A stretch of 22,651 nt of DNA from Candidatus Sericytochromatia bacterium (GTDB taxonomy: Bacteria; Cyanobacteriota; Sericytochromatia; S15B-MN24; JAQBPE01). This document shows, in pieces, positions 18,339 through 22,651 of this stretch (position 1 is the stretch's first letter; each line of letters begins with the position of its first letter). The stretch is taken from assembly GCA_040400605.1 (NCBI GenBank), contig JBBAPZ010000014.1:1-22651 (forward strand), in the 5' to 3' direction. The notes beneath the pieces were generated by a model, which saw only the letters and a program-made list of their open reading frames with translations, was not told where the DNA came from and searched no databases. A program made the translations under genes and the position numbers.

Positions 18339-19824
18339 CTTTTTTACCCTTGGACTCGCTGTCCGTACCCGCCCGCAATTCTTTGAAAATCTGTTCGGGG
18401 TATTCGATGCGCTGATGGAAAAGACCGGAGAGTACACGCACAAAAGCCATCTGGATCTTTTCAATCTCTTGCAACGTCAAGGGAGCTTCCGACAGTTCAC
18501 CATCCGCAAGGCGCTTATCAATGATCTTACGAACCATCGATTCGATTTGATCGGGTGTTGGCACTTTGAGGGTTCGACACGAGGCCTCCACACCATCCGC
18601 CAGCATCACGATACCGGTTTCGCGTGTGCGAGGCCGTGGCCCCGGATAACGAAAGTGTTCCTCTTGCACCTGCTTGGGCCCTTCCGATTGCACAGCCTGA
18701 TGATAAAAGTACGACACCAAACTGGTACCATGGTGCGTCGTAATAAAATCCTGGATGATCGCAGGCAGTTTATGCTCCCTCGCCATCTCAAGGCCTTCCT
18801 TGACGTGAGCCGTGATAACCAACGCGGATAAACGCGGACTGATGCGATCGTGTTGATTAGCCATTCCCAGTTGATTTTCAATAAAAAATGACGGTCGTTT
18901 GGTCTTGCCAATATCATGGTAATAAGATCCCACCCGCACCAACAACGCATCGGCACCAATTGCCTCTGCCGCCGCCTCCGCCAGATTTCCAACCAAAATG
19001 GAATGGTGATACGTGCCGGGCGCCTTAAACTGAAGCTCCCGCAATAATGGTTGGCTCGGACTCGCCAGTTCCAGCAGCTTGAAGGTGGTGGTGATACCAA
19101 AAATGTCCTCCAGAACTGGCAAAACACCAACCACTAAAATCGAGGAACCCAAGCCACTCAGCAATGCTGACCCCGCCTGTACAGACCAAGTTTCCCAAGG
19201 CAAACCGTTCATCAAAGACAAGCCCATCACGACCCATGCGGAGATCAAAGACGCAAACAGTCCGCCACGAAACAAATCATAACGTTGCCGCACCCGGCTA
19301 ACCGTGTAGATGGCGATCGCCGCCCCCAACAAAGCCACCAGCGTATCCAGCGACCCATGCCCCGGAAAAAGCGACAGCAGCAGCCCACCTGGCAAACTGA
19401 TAATCAAAGCCACCCGAACATTCACAAAAACCGTCAACAAAACACCACAAGCCACCAACGGATTCAGATACGGATTGAGATGCAGCGAGTTCATCACCCA
19501 AGCAATCACAAATGTCCCAATCACTACCGCGCTCAGCAAATACAGGTGCCGCACGGATGACACAACGGTTGTCTCGAATTGCCGCAAAAAAGCCGCGACA
19601 AAACTCGCCAAGGTTCCCACGACCAAAATGAGACCGACGAGCGAAAAATACTGCCCGTCCGACGCACGTTGCAGGAATTCGGGACGCACAGTGAGTACCA
19701 CAGCCATCACGCCCGCAACCATCAAGATAAAACTCAGCAACTGGTGGGTCGCGCTTTGCACGGCCAGCGACTGCAACGCAGGTGGAACAAAGCGGATCGC
19801 CCACTGCAACACACGCTCACTCAT
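18319..19824 (-). CDS. 7TM-HD (HDIG) phosphohydrolase, PgpH/YqfF-like, short form
   Basis: About 8 TM segments, then APGTYHHS, YYHDIGK, FFIENQ, HHGTS, FRYPGPRP, MLADGVEA, HQRIEYP; conserved position between phoH and ybeY. Confidence 0.93.
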   Translation of the reverse strand: MSERVLQWAIRFVPPALQSLAVQSATHQLLSFILMVAGVMAVVLTVRPEFLQRASDGQYFSLVGLILVVGTLASFVAAFLRQFETTVVSSVRHLYLLSAVVIGTFVIAWVMNSLHLNPYLNPLVACGVLLTVFVNVRVALIISLPGGLLLSLFPGHGSLDTLVALLGAAIAIYTVSRVRQRYDLFRGGLFASLISAWVVMGLSLMNGLPWETWSVQAGSALLSGLGSSILVVGVLPVLEDIFGITTTFKLLELASPSQPLLRELQFKAPGTYHHSILVGNLAEAAAEAIGADALLVRVGSYYHDIGKTKRPSFFIENQLGMANQHDRISPRLSALVITAHVKEGLEMAREHKLPAIIQDFITTHHGTSLVSYFYHQAVQSEGPKQVQEEHFRYPGPRPRTRETGIVMLADGVEASCRTLKVPTPDQIESMVRKIIDKRLADGELSEAPLTLQEIEKIQMAFVRVLSGLFHQRIEYPEQIFKELRAGTDSESKGKKVGHSSK

Positions 19825-20792
19825 GAGGCACCGAGCCCATCCGCACGTTCGTAAGCTTCAAGAATGCGCCTGACCAACGGATGACGCACCACGTCACGGC
19901 CGCTGAATGAAACAAAGGCCACCTCAGGAATCCCACGCAACAAGTCCGGCATGTCCGCGAGCGCGGAGCGCTTGCCCCGTGGCAGATCAACCTGGGTGAT
20001 ATCACCCGTCACCACCACCCGAGACCCAAAACCAATGCGCGTCAGAAACATCTTCATCTGTTCCGGAGTCGTGTTTTGCGCCTCATCCAAAATGATGAAA
20101 GCATCCGACAAGGTTCGACCCCGCATATACGCCAAAGGCGCAATTTCAATGATACCCCGTTCAACATGTTTGGTAAATCGCTCTTTGTCAAGCAATTCCA
20201 TCAACGCGTCGTACAGGGGTCGGAAGTAGGGATCCACCTTGGCCTGAAAATCACCCGGCAAATAACCCAAACTTTCACCCGCCTCGACGACCGGTCGGGT
20301 CAAGATGATGCGACTGACCGCGCGCTCCTTCAGCATCTGCGTGGCGATCGCCGCCGCCAAAAACGTCTTGCCCGTACCGGCAGGACCAATCCCAAAAGTC
20401 AACGGATGACGCCGAATCGCTTCCGCATAACACCACTGCAACCACGAACGTGCACGCACCGGCCGCCCGCGATACGTATACGCCAACACCTCCGCGAAAC
20501 CGGCCTGCACCACATCATCCGGCAAAACCTGCAACGACGCCCACGCACTCTCAATCGCCGCTACACCCAACGGCGTCTCCGTATCATAAATCGGCCGCAA
20601 AACCGCGAGCAAACGTGCAAAACGCCCCTGAGCCGCAGCATCACCTTCCAGCAGCAAGGCGTCACCATCAACCCGCGAAACCACGCCTGTGAGTCCCGCC
20701 ATGACACCAAGATGCGACTCCTGCCATCCGGCCAACCAGGCAACCAGACTCCGATCACCTACCACCAAACGCGTCGTGCCCAATCCCGTCAC
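19821..20792 (-). CDS. phoH: PhoH-family ATPase (YbeZ/PhoH-like)
   Basis: GPAGTGKT, LTRPVVEAGESLGYLPGD, APLAYMRGRTL, DEAQN, GDITQVDLP, DVVRHPLV; ATGA overlap with the HD gene. Confidence 0.96.
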   Translation of the reverse strand: MTGLGTTRLVVGDRSLVAWLAGWQESHLGVMAGLTGVVSRVDGDALLLEGDAAAQGRFARLLAVLRPIYDTETPLGVAAIESAWASLQVLPDDVVQAGFAEVLAYTYRGRPVRARSWLQWCYAEAIRRHPLTFGIGPAGTGKTFLAAAIATQMLKERAVSRIILTRPVVEAGESLGYLPGDFQAKVDPYFRPLYDALMELLDKERFTKHVERGIIEIAPLAYMRGRTLSDAFIILDEAQNTTPEQMKMFLTRIGFGSRVVVTGDITQVDLPRGKRSALADMPDLLRGIPEVAFVSFSGRDVVRHPLVRRILEAYERADGLGAS

Positions 20793-20821
20793 CTATCATT
20801 CAATCAAATCACGACCTGAAC

Positions 20822-20874
20822 AAAAAAAAACCCCAGAGACGAAATCGGCTTACACCGATGAATCGCCCCCGGAG
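20822..20874 (-). terminator. intrinsic terminator downstream of rpsU
   Basis: Minus-strand RNA CUCCGGGGGCGA-UUC-AUCGG-UGUAAG-CCGAU-U-UCGUCUCUGGGG-U9; four G-U pairs make it strand-specific. Confidence 0.85.
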
Positions 20875-20890
20875 CCAAATCTTCACGCCC

Positions 20891-21067
20891 TCAGGAACTA
20901 TGACGCTTGCGAGCCGCTTCAGACTTCTTCTTGCGACGCACGCTCGGCTTTTCATAGCGCTCGCGACGCTTGATCTCGGACAAAATACCAGCCTTTTGGA
21001 TCTTCTTCTTGAAGCGCTTCAAAGCGCTCTCAATAGGCTCGTTTTCACCGACGCGAACTTCAGCCAA
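20891..21067 (-). CDS. rpsU: 30S ribosomal protein S21
   Basis: [65 protein letters not shown] places the start at TTG 21067. Confidence 0.97.
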   Translation of the reverse strand: MAEVRVGENEPIESALKRFKKKIQKAGILSEIKRRERYEKPSVRRKKKSEAARKRHSS

Positions 21068-21164
21068 CCGTTTCACCCCCCACTTTCAACTACCCGACAG
21101 TGCTCAAGTTCTCCCTGGTTCATCATCCAGAGCAGCCTGAGACTGACCCATCGCGCGTGTCGAC

Positions 21165-21193
21165 ATTATAACCAGCCAACGGATAAAAAACAA
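21165..21193 (-). promoter_or_regulatory. putative sigma-70 promoter of rpsU
   Basis: Minus strand TTGTTT-N17-TATAAT about 100 nt upstream of the start. Confidence 0.65.
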
Positions 21194-21462
21194 TGCGCGA
21201 CTAACCATCGGGTGAGAACAAAGTATCGAAACAATACTCGCCTCGAGCGTGCAGACCAGTTCGTGCGAGATGGCGATCCCCTGACCATTCACCCTAAACA
21301 CCGATAATCGAATGGAAACAAGGACCACGAACCGTATTCAAACGGAAAACGATACAGACTCAACACGGAATGTGACGTGTTTTGACCCGCGTGTTGTGCT
21401 CGCTGCGCCATGTTCACAAACACTTTTATCTCATTTTTATTTTTAAAATAACCGATGCTTAA

Positions 21463-21489
21463 GAAATAAGCACGCGATTTTGCCGATAA
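21463..21489 (+). promoter_or_regulatory. putative sigma-28-type promoter
   Basis: Perfect GCCGATAA at 21482-21489 with GAAA 15 nt upstream and an AT-rich tract at 21424-21450. Confidence 0.5.
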
Positions 21490-21623
21490 CAGTGGTGTGG
21501 TCTATCAGCGAGCCACAGAGATAGCTGCTGTTAGCGGTGGTGGCATCGTGGGCTAAGTGGATGACATAAGGAAAACGGCGAACAGATCCGTTAACTAGAG
21601 TATGCCAAGAGGGGGATCGACGA

Positions 21624-22322
21624 ATGGGGATTGCTTCAGTGGGTGCGTCGCCCATCAGGGCGTCAATGGCTCCGACGGCCGCGACAGCAGCCATGCCGCT
21701 AACCTCGTCGGGAGTGATGCAACGATCGACCAACGATCCCAGTGCGGCTTACTACGACTGGAACGCAGCCAATCCCCGTGAACATATCTTTGACAGTCCC
21801 TATGATGGTTGGGCGTTGAACCGTGGCTTGATGAAACTGGGGGGGGTGGGATTCTGGAGTCGTTTTTCCCTCACTCGTGCGATCGCCGCCATGATCACCA
21901 AAATCCCGGCGCAGCAACTCAAGGCCTATTCCGTTCGTGTGAGTCTTATGCGCATCCCAGGCATGAAGCCGGATTTTGCGAGACTGTTGCAGATGTCATA
22001 CAATAATCAAACGGGTGGGCAGCAACCGTTGCACAACCGAGCCCCATTGCAGTGGCTTGGGCAGTTCTCAGCCCCTGGTCAGTTAAACGACTGGCTCGTG
22101 CGTGGGCCACTTGTCATCGAGTTGAACACGCTAGCAATGAATTATGCGATGAGCACAATGTATACGCCGGAGGTGCCGGATGCGACGACGCTGGGATATC
22201 TGGCTCAGCAAGCGCTCTCGATCGCACCGCCCCCCGGCTACAACCAAAGACCCTTCGGACAGCAAGTCAATGCCACCAATGCAACGGGCGCCGCTCCAGT
22301 TACGGGGACTGCTTCGCGCTAG
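21624..22322 (+). CDS. hypothetical protein with divergent DUF4332-like (HhH) region and low-complexity termini
   Basis: AGAGGGGGA RBS; RAIAAMITKIPAQQLKAYSVRVSLMRIPGMKPDFARLLQ and VPDATTLGYLAQQALSI resemble the DUF4332 pattern as I recall it. Confidence 0.75.
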   Translation: MGIASVGASPIRASMAPTAATAAMPLTSSGVMQRSTNDPSAAYYDWNAANPREHIFDSPYDGWALNRGLMKLGGVGFWSRFSLTRAIAAMITKIPAQQLKAYSVRVSLMRIPGMKPDFARLLQMSYNNQTGGQQPLHNRAPLQWLGQFSAPGQLNDWLVRGPLVIELNTLAMNYAMSTMYTPEVPDATTLGYLAQQALSIAPPPGYNQRPFGQQVNATNATGAAPVTGTASR

Positions 22323-22651
22323 CGCTGCACGCGGTCGCTGGCTACTCGCGTGTCTGACCGTGTGGGTTTTGCTCAACCCGTTGCAGGGGCGCGACCATGC
22401 AAAAGCAGAGCCCCGAGACGGCGTCTCGGGTACACGTTTGGTCAGGAGCGCTCTCGGCATCCCGCACCCGGCGAAACCGGTGTCCGTCGGGTTGGTGCCG
22501 CCGGCTCTGTTTGCACAGGCGAATGAAACGGCGCAAGCGGTCGGCCAGAGACCTGCAGCGATCGCACCAGCGAACATTGCCCCGTTGCCGGAGACGACTG
22601 TGACGCCTCAACCGCTTGCATCGGCACACGATGCCCCGTTGCCGGAGGCGG
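22279..22651 (+). CDS. 5' part of a hypothetical exported Pro/Ala-rich protein, truncated by the window end
   Basis: Frame +1 is open from ATG 22270/22279 to the end: MQRAPLQLRGLLRASAARGRWLLACLTVWVLLNPLQGRDHAKAEP...APLPETTVTPQPLASAHDAPLPEA. Basic then hydrophobic N-terminus; overlaps the upstream gene by 44 nt. Confidence 0.55.
   Translation, partial: MQRAPLQLRGLLRASAARGRWLLACLTVWVLLNPLQGRDHAKAEPRDGVSGTRLVRSALGIPHPAKPVSVGLVPPALFAQANETAQAVGQRPAAIAPANIAPLPETTVTPQPLASAHDAPLPEA

Larger units (their letters stand above)
3361..22565. repeat. dispersed HIP1 octamer GCGATCGC, 12 copies
   Basis: Counted by eye at 3361, 4953, 5307, 6652, 7593, 10902, 13131, 16071, 19313, 20344, 21879 and 22558. Confidence 0.8.

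Noticed and set aside
19280..20800. C/A-rich plus strand suggesting foreign DNA
   Set aside because: Explained by G/T-rich codons in conserved minus-strand genes; no mobility signatures or boundary repeats.
21104..21328. 74-aa minus-strand ORF upstream of rpsU
   Set aside because: It overlaps the predicted rpsU promoter and has no clear RBS or recognisable motif.
21690..21715. GCTAACCTCGTCGG resembling the 3' end of a c-di-AMP (ydaO) riboswitch
   Set aside because: It lies inside a CDS, and the preceding GAACCCGNCA and the 5' elements are absent.

Overview
Chromosomal-looking bacterial window, GC roughly 55-60% by eye. I found no rRNA, tRNA, CRISPR array or mobile element. YchF, UvrA and S21 resemble cyanobacterial versions, the rpsU-phoH-7TM/HD-ybeY-dgkA order is Bacillota-like, and there are no photosynthesis genes. 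This suggests, by inference only, a non-photosynthetic relative of Cyanobacteria such as Sericytochromatia. In order, the window holds the 3' end of an NHL-repeat gene with an in-frame TAG, an ABC-2 exporter pair, a scramblase-family gene, ychF, an orphan with hydrophobic C-terminal helices, a LOV-histidine kinase, a dGTPase, an orphan membrane protein coupled to a GH13 glycosidase, two adjacent Gln/Ala/Pro-rich genes (the second with LysM), uvrA, dgkA, ybeY, a 7TM-HD hydrolase, phoH, rpsU, a DUF4332-like gene and an ORF running off the right edge. Five signals deserve a second look. (1) Several orphans lack a signal peptide but have disordered N-termini with an Asp-Ser/Thr motif at residue 40-41, and sigma-28-like promoter boxes occur in the window; these may be type III/flagellar-export substrates. 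(2) The two adjacent genes share a 36-aa module with 24/36 identities. (3) The HIP1 palindrome GCGATCGC occurs 12 times. (4) An identical 14-mer sits exactly 10 nt before the starts of two unrelated genes. (5) The LOV kinase lacks the G1 ATP-binding box. All family assignments come from motif recognition by eye; no searches were run.
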